A stretch of 64,000 nucleotides of DNA from Octopus vulgaris. Lineage: Eukaryota. This document shows, piece by piece, positions 43,485-55,479 of the stretch (position 1 is its first letter; each line of letters begins with the position of its first letter). Made by a program: the position numbers and the translations under genes. A model generated the notes under the pieces. It saw only the letters and a list, made by a program, of their open reading frames with translations, searched no databases and was not told where the DNA came from. The stretch covers positions 34,720,001 to 34,784,000 of the forward strand of contig OX597814.1 of assembly GCA_951406725.2 (NCBI GenBank), given 5' to 3'.

Positions 43485-44575
43485 TTATTCTTTGTTTGAC
43501 TTTTGCTTTGTGTTTATACAAGTTAGCTCCAAGTCTCACCGAGAGACCACAAGATACAACAAGTTAGAAGTTCATGTTGGTGTTATGCATATATTTGGTT
43601 TTGTACATATTACTGTTCTAGAAAATGTTTAAGAAAACATAAAATTATGAGTTTGTTTTGAAATTTGTAATTACATAGACAGTATTTTATGTACGATATG
43701 GGTAGTTCCCATGAGTATTATCCTTTGAATTTCTGCCAATTTGGGGTTTCCTGGTATCTGCGCTATGTAGCAGTCAGCTCTTTTTGTTATCATTCCTAGG
43801 GCACCTATGACAACAAGTATTATTTTATTCTTGAGCTTCCACATTTTGCCAATTTCTATTTCAAATTCTTTATTCTTGCTCAGTTTTTGGTAGGTCTTGA
43901 GACACACATTCATGTCGGTTGGGACAGTCACATCAATGAGGAGGATTGATTTTTGTCTGAAGTCTTTCAATATAATTTCTGGCCTATTTGCATCTATCTT
44001 TCTGTCATTTTGAACGTTGAAGTTCAAGATGAGTGAGATGTGATCATTTTCTAGCACTGGAGGTGGTTTGTGTTCCCACCAGTTTTTATCATGGGGCAGA
44101 TCCAGGTTTTTGCAAATTACTTTGTGAATATATTGTGCTGCTCTATCATGCCTGTTGAGATACTCTGTAGGCACAAGAAAACTGCACATGGAAACATGAT
44201 CAATGGTTTCAGTTTGTTGTTGACATACGCGACATTTTTGGCAGCTGCCGTTCATTAATATGTTGGGCTAGTAGTTTCTTGTAGGCAGGCATTGATTTTG
44301 GGCTGTTACGATAGATCCTTCTGTTTCTGATTTTAAGCCAAAGGCCACTAACAATTGATGGGTAAGGGTTTTGTCAACATCGGCACTGTTATCTCTCTTT
44401 GGGTATTTGCCATTGAGTGGTTTTTCTTGCCATTTATCAGTAAGAATATCTAAGGCAACGGTTTTAGCACGGGAGTTGATACGCTTAGCTTTTACCATAC
44501 TTGCTTCTAGAACGTCTAATTCTGGAATTTGTTGCGTTTGGAATTCACTTAGATATTCCTTTGCCTGTTTTGTTT
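43485..44575 (-). pseudogene. Older, 5'-truncated, decayed copy of the same R4/Dong family (C-terminal RLE region plus 3'UTR)
   Basis: ORF pieces 44268-44498 (KWQEKPLNGKYPKR..GLKSETEG) and 43671-44255 (CRVCQQQTETIDHV..RHDRAAQYIH..HKILSM) align with the C-terminus of the intact ORF. 3'UTR 43490-43600 resembles 45078-45180. Confidence 0.92.
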
Positions 44576-44816
44576 ACCCCGGATTATCCTAAGTGGACTA
44601 TCCTGCTATTGGGGATTCTATTTATTTATTTATTATATATATCTCAAATTTATATTATATATCCTCTGTTACATCCTATAATGTGGTAGCATCTCCCTTT
44701 GATCGATGTAAACCTCATCTGATTTTGTATTTTTTGTTTTCGTTTTGCTTTCTGCATGCTGTAACTCGTCCTGCGATATCATCCTCCATATCTCGAGCCA
44801 TTGTGGCCGAAAAAAG

Positions 44817-44817
44817 A

Positions 44818-44856
<39 letters not shown>

Positions 44857-44941
44857 ATTATTACCATTATTATTATTATTATTATTAATATTATATTTAT
44901 TATTATTATTAATATTATTATTATTTTTATTTTTATTTTTA

Positions 44942-44979
<38 letters not shown>

Positions 44980-45007
44980 GTTATTGTTATTGTTATTGTT
45001 ATTGTTA

Positions 45008-45042
<35 letters not shown>

Positions 45043-45074
45043 GTTATTGTTATTGTTATTTTATTATTATTATT
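44817..45074. repeat. (ATT)n microsatellite, 3' flank of the Dong-like LINE
   Basis: Seen directly. Confidence 0.95.
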
Positions 45075-48000
45075 CTATGTTTGACTTTTGCTTTATATTT
45101 GTACAAGTTGGCTCCAAGTCTCACCCAGAGACCTCAAGAGACAACAGGGTTGGAAGTTCATGTTGTTGTTATGCCTAGTGTGCCATATATTTGGGGGGTG
45201 GGGATGTTGTACTAATGAATGTCTAAAAAGAAAAAAAAAATGTTTTTTTTTTTTTTTTTTTTTAAAACCGAAAATTATGTTTGTTTTAAACCTTGAGATT
45301 ACATAGAGAGTATTTTGCGTAGGATATGAGCAGTTCCCATGAGCACTACCTTTTGAACTTCTGCCATTTTTGGGTTTCCTGGTATCTGAGTTAGGTAGCT
45401 ATCAGCCCCTTTTGCTATCATTCCCAGGGCACCTATGACAACAGGTATTGTTTTAGTCTTCAGCTTCCACATTTTGCTGATTTCTATTTCAAGATCTTTA
45501 TATTTGCTCAGTTTTTGGTAGGTCTTGACAGATACGTTTATATCGATTGGGACAGTCATATCAATGAGGAGGCATGTTCTTTGTTTGAAGTTTTTCAATA
45601 TGATGTCTGGCCTATTTGCATCTATCTTCCTGTCAGTTTGAATGGTGAAGTTCCAGAGGAGTGAGATGTGGTCATTTTCAAGCACTGGGGGTGGTTTGTG
45701 TTCCCACCAGTTTTTTTCATGGGGCAAATCCAGGTTTTTACAGATTACCCAGTGAATATATTGTGCAGCTCTATCGTGCCTGTTGAGATACTCTGTAGGC
45801 GCTAGAAGACTGCACTTGGAGACCACATGGTCAATGGTTTCATTTTGTTGCTTGCATACACGACACGTTGGACTGCTTCTGATCTTTAATATGTTGGCCT
45901 GGTAGTTTCTTGTTGGTAGGCATTGATCTTGAGCTGCTATGATAAACCCCTCTGTTTCAGATTTTAAGCCAGAGGCCATTAGCCATTGATGGGTCAGGGC
46001 TTTGTCGATATCTGCATTATTCGCTCTCTTTGGGTATTTGCCATAGAGAGGTTTTTCTTGCCATTTATTATTCAGAATATCTAAGGCCGCAGTTTTGGCA
46101 CGGGTTTTCATGCGCCTAGCTTTTTCTGTGCTTGTTTCTTGTATATCTATCTCCGAAATTGGTTGTATTCGGAATTCACTTAGATATTCCTTTGCCTGTT
46201 TTGTGACTGAGTATGATGCTTTCTTGTTTTCATGTTTTGAGACAAGTTTTAGCATCCAGTCCTCAGAGTTTTTCAGGTAGGTGTCTAGGCCAATTGTAGC
46301 AATCTTCATTGTTATTGCCAGTTGCAAAAGACCACGGCCTCCCTCTTTTCTTGGCAGATAGAGTCGTTCTGTATCTGCCTTAGGGTGGTGCATTCTATGC
46401 ATTGTCAACAGTTTCCTTATTTTTCTGTCGAGCTGACATATTTCAGTAATTGACCAGTTAACAATATTGAAACTGTAAGTCACGACTGGTATAGCTAATG
46501 CATTGATTGCTTCGATCCTGTTTCTTGCATTCAGCTCTGTCTTGAGTATTGCTCTCACTCTTCGATAGCATTCTCTCCTGATCCTTTCCTTCATCTCTGA
46601 ATGCCTTATTCCGTTCCCTTCAATTATCCCTAGGTACTTGTAGCTCTCCGCTGGGTCTAGTTCTTTTATGACATTCTGTTGGTCAAGGTTAACGTTAGAT
46701 GTTTCTGTCATTTTTCCTTTGATAAAGGTAGCCTTTGCACATTTATCGAGGCCGAATTGCATTCTGATGTCGTCACTGAATTGTTTGACTATCGCTAGTA
46801 AGCCCTTGAGTTGTTGATCATTTTTTGCAAAAAGCTTTAAATCATCCATGTAAACGAGATGATTTATATTTTTATCAAACATTTTATACCCGTACTGCGC
46901 GTCATTGAGCAGCTTTGAGAGAGGTATTAAGGATAAACAAAAGAGGAGTGGTGACAGTGAGTCACCCTGGAAAATGCCACACGAAATTTTTACATCACCA
47001 GCATTTAGGAATTCACTGTCACTGTTCAGAGTTAGTGTGGTTCTCCATGATCTCATACTTACAGTCAAGAAGTTTCGCAGAGTTGGTGCTATCTTATACA
47101 TTTCAAGGCATTTTCTAATCCAGCTATGTGGTAGGCTATCAAAAGCCTTTTTATAGTCTATCCAGGCTATTGATAAGTTTTTGTGTCGTTTGTGACAATC
47201 TTCTAAGATCATCTTATTGATGAGTAGTTGGTCTTTACAGCCGTAGGATCCACGTTTACATCCTTTCTGTTCATTAGGGAATATGCTGCTGTCTGTTAAA
47301 AAACTATAGGTATATTCCGTCAGGACAGATGTTAGTGTTTTGTACATAGTTGTTAAGCAAGTTATGGGTCTATAGTTTTTTGGTTCATTTGTTTCTTCAC
47401 TTTTTGGAAGCAGGAATGTTAACCCATTAACTAGCCAAGGAGGCATCCTACTAGGGTGTTGCAAAACATCATTGTACAGTTCTGTTAGCAGTTCATGGCT
47501 CTCTGGGAAGGCATTCAGCCAGAAGTTAGGAATTTTATCCTTTCCTGGAGACTTCCATTTGCTTGACCTCCTGAGAGCAGATCTTATATCTTCTACCTTG
47601 ACACCCTCCCACTTTTGCTCTTCTAAGGGGTCCAGTTCTGTAGATATTCTGTCAATCCAGGGGGCCTTTTCGTTGTGTGTTTTTTCTTCTGCCCAGATTT
47701 TATTCCAAAATCTCTGCACTTCTTCTTTTGATGGTACAGACCCTGCAGTAAACGCTGTTTTTCCTATCTTCCGGTAAAAATTCTTGGTGTTATTTTTGAA
47801 CATGTTGTTGTCCTTGAAAAATCTAACACGCTTTTCATACCTCGCTATGCGGGCAGCTTTGGCAGATACCTTTTGTTTGATGGTTTCTATGGTGGCATCA
47901 ATATCAAGTATAGTTTTCATATTGTATTTTTTCAGTAATTTTTGGGTTTTTGTAGGTTTGGTAATCTTGTGAGCCTTAAGGTTTTTCAAATATTCAATGT

Positions 48001-50003
48001 CAGATCTAAATATTTTAATTTGTTGTTGCAGACGCTCTTGCCAAGAAGGCTTTTTGTGGGACTGTTGCCGTTTTCTAATCTTTACACCACATAGGATCGT
48101 TGAGATTTTCGCGGATGCATAGTATAGGTGGTTGAGGTTTGTGATATCAACATCATTAACTGAAATTATATCCTTAAGTGCAAGCCGGATTTTACCAATT
48201 ATTTTCATGTTTTGGTTAGAGTTGCGGATTTTAGGAAGTGTATCACGCTCATCCATGCTGGTTTCTTTAATTTTCAGCCATTCAATCATGATTTGATTTT
48301 TTAGCTCATGTAGTTCTGTTGGGTCAATATTTGTGTGACTTTCTTTATCTATTTGATGCTCATCTGTCTTAGTGTTTATGATTGGTTCAGGGCGTATTTC
48401 ACTTTGCCTATCACTTATACTAACTCTTTCAATCCTCTCTTCGTTTTTATCCGCCCTGGGCTGGTCTATAATCATTTCCTCTGTATTATCTTCTCTAGCT
48501 GCAGCTTCGTTCATTTTATCCGATATTGCTTGTCTAACCTGATCAATCTCTACTTCAGTCAGTAATTTCTTTTTTATAATGTTTCTTCTAACATTGGCAA
48601 GCTTGTTACTGTCTATGTAGGGTCTTACTTCAGGGTGTTTCTGTCTCCAGTTTAAGTATGCTTGTACAGTGCTAGACTTATCTGTGGGGAAATATATGGC
48701 ATGGTAGAAGGCCTCAAGAACTTCTTTATTATCTTCCCTAGACCATTTTTCCTTCTTTTTCTTTTGATTATTTGGTGATGAGCATGGATGGCCATCTGTT
48801 GGAATATTCCGGTTGTGGGGTTCGTCCAGCTCCTGTGTGTTGGGAAGATTTGATCCAGTAACTGATTTTTCAATCAGGATTTGGTTCAATTTTCGGGTAC
48901 GTGGTCTTTTGTAATCCGCGCAATGACCAATGCGGTTTATTGTTTGATTTGTTGACCTTGAAGCATGACGAGCATCCATTCTTATATTAGGAGATGGATC
49001 TGTCAGTTTAGGGTTCACTACGTGTAAGCATTGCTCATAGCGCCGCTTCTTAAGACTAGTAGATCTATATTCGTCTGTATTTTTTTTTGTTGATAGTTTT
49101 ATCTCCGGACATTTTTTTTTTTTTTTTTTCCTTTCCTCCTCTTCCTTTCTTCAAGGCTTACTGTGTCTGTATTAGTTCGAAATAATGAGAATAAAATACG
49201 GAGAAGGAAACGAAAAGAAAGGGAAAAAGACGGGATCTGTCAGTTATTATTGTTATTACTATCATCTTCACCACCATCACCATCATCAGCAACATCACCA
49301 TCACCATCATCATCTTCAATGACATTGTTTTATGTGTAGCCATCAACACTCCATTGTGTTGGAGAATGGGTGGTTAAAGAATTCATGTTCTTTGGGTCTA
49401 TAAATAGCCACGGTAGATGGAGACAAAGGACGTTAATGGTCAGTAAAAGGTCAAACCTGTTTACGTTTATTTATTTATTTATTTATTATTTTTTTTTTCC
49501 TTTCTCTTTTCTTCTTCACCACATGCATATGTATATGTATATATATGTATATTCACTCACACATATTATCTGATGTTTTCGTCGAAGATTTTTTTTTCTT
49601 TTTTTAAATAACTTTCTGAGTTCAATGTTATGTATATATTTTTAAATTTCTGAATTCAGTTGTATGTATATAGTAGTAGGTGCTTAATTCCATAACTTTT
49701 TATCGTGCATTTAATTGTGTTGTTACAATAAAAGGTAATTTAAAAGGCAATTTTACACATTCTTATAGTCATGAGAGACGACTAAATGTAAATGTTCACA
49801 CAGAATTGGAGATATTTATGTTTCTAATTTTTCTTGTTAGGTGTACGTTTGTATGAGCTGTAGATATGTAAGTTTTTTTTTTACTTATTTTGAGGGTAAT
49901 TCAAATTACTTACAGTAAACAGTAGATCTTCCAGTTTTCTACAGTTGACCTGCTGGGTTCGCTGTTGCCAGTTCAGAGCATCGTAAAAAAAAAAAAAAAA
50001 AAA
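45075..50003 (-). mobile_element. Probable full-length R4/Dong-like LINE with ~225-bp 3'UTR and ~0.9-kb putative 5'UTR, inserted in an (AAT)n microsatellite
   Basis: The 3'UTR ends ...GTCAAACATAG directly into (AAT)n (44817-45074). A second (ATT)n-rich tract begins at ~50004. Dong elements are known to target (TAA)n. The 5' boundary is inferred. Confidence 0.8.
45299..49018 (-). CDS. Single ORF (1239 aa as called) of an R4/Dong-type non-LTR retrotransposon: reverse transcriptase, CCHC zinc knuckle, restriction-like (PD-D/ExK) endonuclease
   Basis: RT motifs NYRPITCL, EQKGC, WIDYKKAFDS, GIFQGDSLSPLLF, HLVYMDDLKLF, YKYLG; CRVC..ETIDHVVSKC knuckle; RHD; RPDIIL..LIDMTVP..KLSKY RLE. No APE domain. 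The called start is GTG; the probable real ATG at 49112 is out of frame by one base. Confidence 0.95.
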   Translation of the reverse strand: MNPKLTDPSPNIRMDARHASRSTNQTINRIGHCADYKRPRTRKLNQILIEKSVTGSNLPNTQELDEPHNRNIPTDGHPCSSPNNQKKKKEKWSREDNKEVLEAFYHAIYFPTDKSSTVQAYLNWRQKHPEVRPYIDSNKLANVRRNIIKKKLLTEVEIDQVRQAISDKMNEAAAREDNTEEMIIDQPRADKNEERIERVSISDRQSEIRPEPIINTKTDEHQIDKESHTNIDPTELHELKNQIMIEWLKIKETSMDERDTLPKIRNSNQNMKIIGKIRLALKDIISVNDVDITNLNHLYYASAKISTILCGVKIRKRQQSHKKPSWQERLQQQIKIFRSDIEYLKNLKAHKITKPTKTQKLLKKYNMKTILDIDATIETIKQKVSAKAARIARYEKRVRFFKDNNMFKNNTKNFYRKIGKTAFTAGSVPSKEEVQRFWNKIWAEEKTHNEKAPWIDRISTELDPLEEQKWEGVKVEDIRSALRRSSKWKSPGKDKIPNFWLNAFPESHELLTELYNDVLQHPSRMPPWLVNGLTFLLPKSEETNEPKNYRPITCLTTMYKTLTSVLTEYTYSFLTDSSIFPNEQKGCKRGSYGCKDQLLINKMILEDCHKRHKNLSIAWIDYKKAFDSLPHSWIRKCLEMYKIAPTLRNFLTVSMRSWRTTLTLNSDSEFLNAGDVKISCGIFQGDSLSPLLFCLSLIPLSKLLNDAQYGYKMFDKNINHLVYMDDLKLFAKNDQQLKGLLAIVKQFSDDIRMQFGLDKCAKATFIKGKMTETSNVNLDQQNVIKELDPAESYKYLGIIEGNGIRHSEMKERIRRECYRRVRAILKTELNARNRIEAINALAIPVVTYSFNIVNWSITEICQLDRKIRKLLTMHRMHHPKADTERLYLPRKEGGRGLLQLAITMKIATIGLDTYLKNSEDWMLKLVSKHENKKASYSVTKQAKEYLSEFRIQPISEIDIQETSTEKARRMKTRAKTAALDILNNKWQEKPLYGKYPKRANNADIDKALTHQWLMASGLKSETEGFIIAAQDQCLPTRNYQANILKIRSSPTCRVCKQQNETIDHVVSKCSLLAPTEYLNRHDRAAQYIHWVICKNLDLPHEKNWWEHKPPPVLENDHISLLWNFTIQTDRKIDANRPDIILKNFKQRTCLLIDMTVPIDINVSVKTYQKLSKYKDLEIEISKMWKLKTKTIPVVIGALGMIAKGADSYLTQIPGNPKMAEVQKVVLMGTAHILRKILSM

Positions 50004-50039
<36 letters not shown>

Positions 50040-50129
50040 ATTATTATTATTATTATTGTTGTCGTTGTTGTTGTTATTGTTGTTGTTGTTGTTATTATTA
50101 TTATTATTGTGATTATTATTATTATTGTT

Positions 50130-50161
<32 letters not shown>

Positions 50162-50174
50162 CATTATTAATATT

Positions 50175-50205
<31 letters not shown>

Positions 50206-50290
50206 TTATTACTAATATTATTATTATTAGTGTTATTATTATTATTATTGTTATTATTATTATTATTATCATCATCATCATCATCATCAT
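50004..50290. repeat. (ATT)/(GTT)/(ATC) compound microsatellite, 5' flank of the Dong-like LINE
   Basis: Seen directly. Confidence 0.95.
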
Positions 50291-51020
50291 CACAGATATA
50301 AACGTACAACAACAAATATATATGTATTCACATATATGTGTGAGTGTATTTATATATATTAAACATGTGTGATAATATTGGTGATAGGAAAACGGGGCTA
50401 CTATTTTTAAATACAATGCATAAAACAGCAGATTTTTTATGATAGACCATTATTAACAGTAAGACTAATAATAACTTATGAAGCAATATAGTTTCACCAA
50501 ACATGAATTTTAAAGCCTAATGAATAAAAAATTCATCACACTAAATAGAGGCCTTGCTGAATATTCAAAAACGCTTTTTGCTCATGAAGTTATGAGATAT
50601 ATTCAATTGGCTGGACAAAAAATAAAACATGAAAAAACAGGAGAAAAACTAAGTTAATAACTGAATGAGAACATTTGACAAAATACTAGATAGTAAATAT
50701 GTAATGTCAATATTTACTTACAAATATAGTTGCAAACAATCAACATTCAGAGAAAAAAAAAAATTCAATATTTTGATAGTTTACGCATCAAAGACAAAAT
50801 TCCTTTTTTTTTAAATACAATGTGATGCGCCGAAAAAATTGAACAGCAATTAATGAACACTCCAAAGATACTAAACAACTTGAGACGACATAAGAATAGC
50901 TAATGGATGAAGAGAATGAAGAGAATGAAGAGAATGTGTCTATTATGAACACATAAATATACTACACTGTTTCAGAATTATATGTATGTATGTATATATT
51001 TATCATATATATGTATGTAA

Positions 51021-51058
<38 letters not shown>

Positions 51059-51061
<3 letters not shown>

Positions 51062-54000
51062 AAATAAATATAAGAGAGTGGTCACTATATTGATCACTCC
51101 AGCACCAGTTAATCCAAAAGGTTTCAACCACGAAAAATACATGTTTCCCATGAAAGCCGGTACGACTGTTAGCTCACACGGACAGGGCAAATAAAAAATA
51201 ACAAAAATACAGATTATTTTGGGACAATTGTTTCGCTATTAATGAATTAAATGTAATATTACTTACAATAATCCATTTGTAGCTCTTCAGCCAAGACTAT
51301 CTGGATGAAATCCACTCAATCACACGCCAGATTTTACCATAACGATAAATACGCGTGCGGTTCAATTGATTACATCGGACGTTATAATTCAAATGCCCCA
51401 ACCAACAGCGCGCCAAACTCTCACGGAAAACAAATACAGCATTTAGAAATAAATGCAGCATAATTATAATTAATTAATAAGGGTGAGAGAATTAGATACT
51501 AATTTAATAGTATATTTATTCCACACCAAGTGGCCTAGTGCTACGAGAAACCTGGATTATTATAATATTTTATAACATATTATAATATTTTCACAAAATA
51601 AATATAAGAGAGTGGTCACTATATTGATCACTCCAGCACCAGTTAATCCAAAAGGTTTCAACCACGAAAAATACATGTTTCCCATGAAAGCCGGTACGAC
51701 TGTTAGCTCACACGGACAGGGCAAATAAAAAATAACAAAAATACAGATTATTTTGGGACAATTGTTTCGCTATTAATGAATTAAATGTAATATTACTTAC
51801 AATAATCCATTTGTAGCTCTTCAGCCAAGACTATCTGGATGAAATCCACTCAATCACACGCCAGATTTTACCATAACGATAAATACGCGTGCGGTTCAAT
51901 TGATTACATCGGACGTTATAATTCAAATGCCCCAACCAACAGCGCGCCAAACTCTCACGGAAAACAAATACAGCATTTAGAAATAAATGCAGCATAATTA
52001 TAATTAATTAATAAGGGTGAGAGAATTAGATACTAATTTAATAGTATATTTATTCCACACCAAGTGGCCTAGTGCTACGAGAAACCTGGATTATTATAAT
52101 ATTTTATAACATATTATAATATTTTCACAAAATAAATATAAGAGAGTGGTCACTATATTGATCACTCCAGCACCAGTTAATCCAAAAGGTTTCAACCACG
52201 AAAAATACATGTTTCCCATGAAAGCCGGTACGACTGTTAGCTCACACGGACAGGGCAAATAAAAAATAACAAAAATACAGATTATTTTGGGACAATTGTT
52301 TCGCTATTAATGAATTAAATGTAATATTACTTACAATAATCCATTTGTAGCTCTTCAGCCAAGACTATCTGGATGAAATCCACTCAATCACACGCCAGAT
52401 TTTACCATAACGATAAATACGCGTGCGGTTCAATTGATTACATCGGACGTTATAATTCAAATGCCCCAACCAACAGCGCGCCAAACTCTCACGGAAAACA
52501 AATACAGCATTTAGAAATAAATGCAGCATAATTATAATTAATTAATAAGGGTGAGAGAATTAGATACTAATTTAATAGTATATTTATTCCACACCAAGTG
52601 GCCTAGTGCTACGAGAAACCTGGATTATTATAATATTTTATAACATATTATAATATTTTCACAAAATAAATATAAGAGAGTGGTCACTATATTGATCACT
52701 CCAGCACCAGTTAATCCAAAAGGTTTCAACCACGAAAAATACATGTTTCCCATGAAAGCCGGTACGACTGTTAGCTCACACGGACAGGGCAAATAAAAAA
52801 TAACAAAAATACAGATTATTTTGGGACAATTGTTTCGCTATTAATGAATTAAATGTAATATTACTTACAATAATCCATTTGTAGCTCTTCAGCCAAGACT
52901 ATCTGGATGAAATCCACTCAATCACACGCCAGATTTTACCATAACGATAAATACGCGTGCGGTTCAATTGATTACATTGGACGTTATAATTCAAATGCCC
53001 CAACCAACAGCGCGCCAAACTCTCACGGAAAACAAATACAGCATTTAGAAATAAATGCAGCATAATTATAATTAATTAATAAGGGTGAGAGAATTAGATA
53101 CTAATTTAATAGTATATTTATTCCACACCAAGTGGCCTAGTGCTACGAGAAACCTGGATTATTATAATATTTTATAACATATTATAATATTTTCACAAAA
53201 TAAATATAAGAGAGTGGTCACTATATTGATCACTCCAGCACCAGTTAATCCAAAAGGTTTCAACCACGAAAAATACATGTTTCCCATGAAAGCCGGTACG
53301 ACTGTTAGCTCACACGGACAGGGCAAATAAAAAATAACAAAAATACAGATTATTTTGGGACAATTGTTTCGCTATTAATGAATTAAATGTAATATTACTT
53401 ACAATAATCCATTTGTAGCTCTTCAGCCAAGACTATCTGGATGAAATCCACTCAATCACACGCCAGATTTTACCATAACGATAAATACGCGTGCGGTTCA
53501 ATTGATTACATCGGACGTTATAATTCAAATGCCCCAACCAACAGCGCGCCAAACTCTCACGGAAAACAAATACAGCATTTAGAAATAAATGCAGCATAAT
53601 TATAATTAATTAATAAGGGTGAGAGAATTAGATACTAATTTAATAGTATATTTATTCCACACCAAGTGGCCTAGTGCTACGAGAAACCTGGATTATTATA
53701 ATATTTTATAACATATTATAATATTTTCACAAAATAAATATAAGAGAGTGGTCACTATATTGATCACTCCAGCACCAGTTAATCCAAAAGGTTTCAACCA
53801 CGAAAAATACATGTTTCCCATGAAAGCCGGTACGACTGTTAGCTCACACGGACAGGGCAAATAAAAAATAACAAAAATACAGATTATTTTGGGACAATTG
53901 TTTCGCTATTAATGAATTAAATGTAATATTACTTACAATAATCCATTTGTAGCTCTTCAGCCAAGACTATCTGGATGAAATCCACTCAATCACACGCCAG

Positions 54001-54356
54001 ATTTTACCATAACGATAAATACGCGTGCGGTTCAATTGATTACATCGGACGTTATAATTCAAATGCCCCAACCAACAGCGCGCCAAACTCTCACGGAAAA
54101 CAAATACAGCATTTAGAAATAAATGCAGCATAATTATAATTAATTAATAAGGGTGAGAGAATTAGATACTAATTTAATAGTATATTTATTCCACACCAAG
54201 TGGCCTAGTGCTACGAGAAACCTGGATTATTATAATATTTTATAACATATTATAATATTTTCACAAAATAAATATAAGAGAGTGGTCACTATATTGATCA
54301 CTCCAGCACCAGTTAATCCAAAAGGTTTCAACCACGAAAAATACATGTTTCCCATG

Positions 54357-54359
<3 letters not shown>
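51059..54359 (-). repeat. Tandem array of 534-bp units (6 full plus ~97-bp partial), flanked on both sides by (TA)n; retrozyme/PLE-pLTR-like
   Basis: AAAATAAATATAAGAGAGTGG recurs at 51061, 51595, 52129, 52663, 53197, 53731 and 54265 (period 534). The only difference noticed is C>T at 52978. Confidence 0.97.
51217..51296 (-). ncRNA. Type I hammerhead ribozyme, unit 1; identical copies at 51751-51830, 52285-52364, 52819-52898, 53353-53432 and 53887-53966
   Basis: Minus strand reads UCUUGG-CUGAAGA-GCUA..(extended hairpin)..UAGC-GAAA-C-AAUU-G-UC^CCAAAA. Stem I UUGG/CCAA; stem II GCUA/UAGC extended by AAUGGAUUA/UAAUUCAUU and UGUAA/UUACA; minimal stem III in palindrome ACAAUUGU; GUC cleavage between 51223 and 51222. 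Confidence 0.88.
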
Positions 54360-54405
<46 letters not shown>

Positions 54406-54440
54406 TATGCATATGTATGTATATACACATATCTTTCTGC

Positions 54441-54526
<86 letters not shown>

Positions 54527-55479
54527 GTCTGTCTGTCTATCTAACGATCTATTTACGGCTCTATCTATATATAGAAAGATAAAAACAGAAAACGCACTAA
54601 CACAATTACATATATACAAGCTTTACTCGCAAGCATACGTCATGCATTTTCTAATTCTATTAGATACCTACGTTGTCACGAGTAGACATAGACAGCCCTT
54701 CATTGCAACTATTTCTCTACTCTTGACCCGATAGAACATCTCGAAGGGAGGAAAACCTGCGCAAAAATTAATCTTCACCTCTAACTCTTTCCGTGTGTGT
54801 GTGTATATACATGTACATATATGGAGACATAAATAATAGATTAGAAAATTGAGTTGATGGTAGGCAAATCAGTGTAAAGAAAAATAAAAAAAGACAACAT
54901 AGTACCCCGTGTTATTCGAGGTAGCCGTCAAATAATGTAAGAGTTCTGAGAATCCTGTTACAGACGATACATGCCCGTGTGCATGTAATAAATATCGATG
55001 AAATGCAATCATGAAAATTTCACGACGTGCTGAAAAACGCCAAGCAGATACATGTGTCTGTGTGTTTGTATGTATGAATATATGAAGGAGCTGGCCTAGT
55101 GAATAGGGCGTTGAGCTGATGAGAGTAAGTTTGTTCGACTACTGGACCAGAGTACTTTTCTAATGAGAAATTAAGTGTTGCGCAAAGACACAGCGCAGTA
55201 TCGTTGAGCAAGCGCTCTATTTCTCGTTGTGCACATTACTCACCGGATAGAGTAGCGGTTTCCGTAATTATCTTTGAAGACTTTGTAGTATGCGAGAGCT
55301 GTCCTGAAAGTAATTCTTAAGTGTGCATAATTTTTTAAACTGACAGGTTGCTGAAATCCCACATGATCACATGTCCGTCTTTTTCTATCGTTCTCCATTC
55401 TATTCTTTTTTGCTGAAATATAATAGGTTCCGTACAATAATAGGCTCTATGCAATAATAGGTTCCTTGAGTTTTTGACG

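Noticed and set aside
46095-48873. Short ORFs overlapping the LINE ORF
   Set aside because: Antisense or alternative-frame shadows with no recognisable motifs.
49900-50003. HDV-like ribozyme at the Dong LINE 5' end
   Set aside because: No nested pseudoknot could be fitted by eye.
51059-54359. CRISPR array or protein-coding tandem repeat
   Set aside because: No unique spacers, the 534-bp units are identical, there is no substantial ORF, and the context is eukaryotic.
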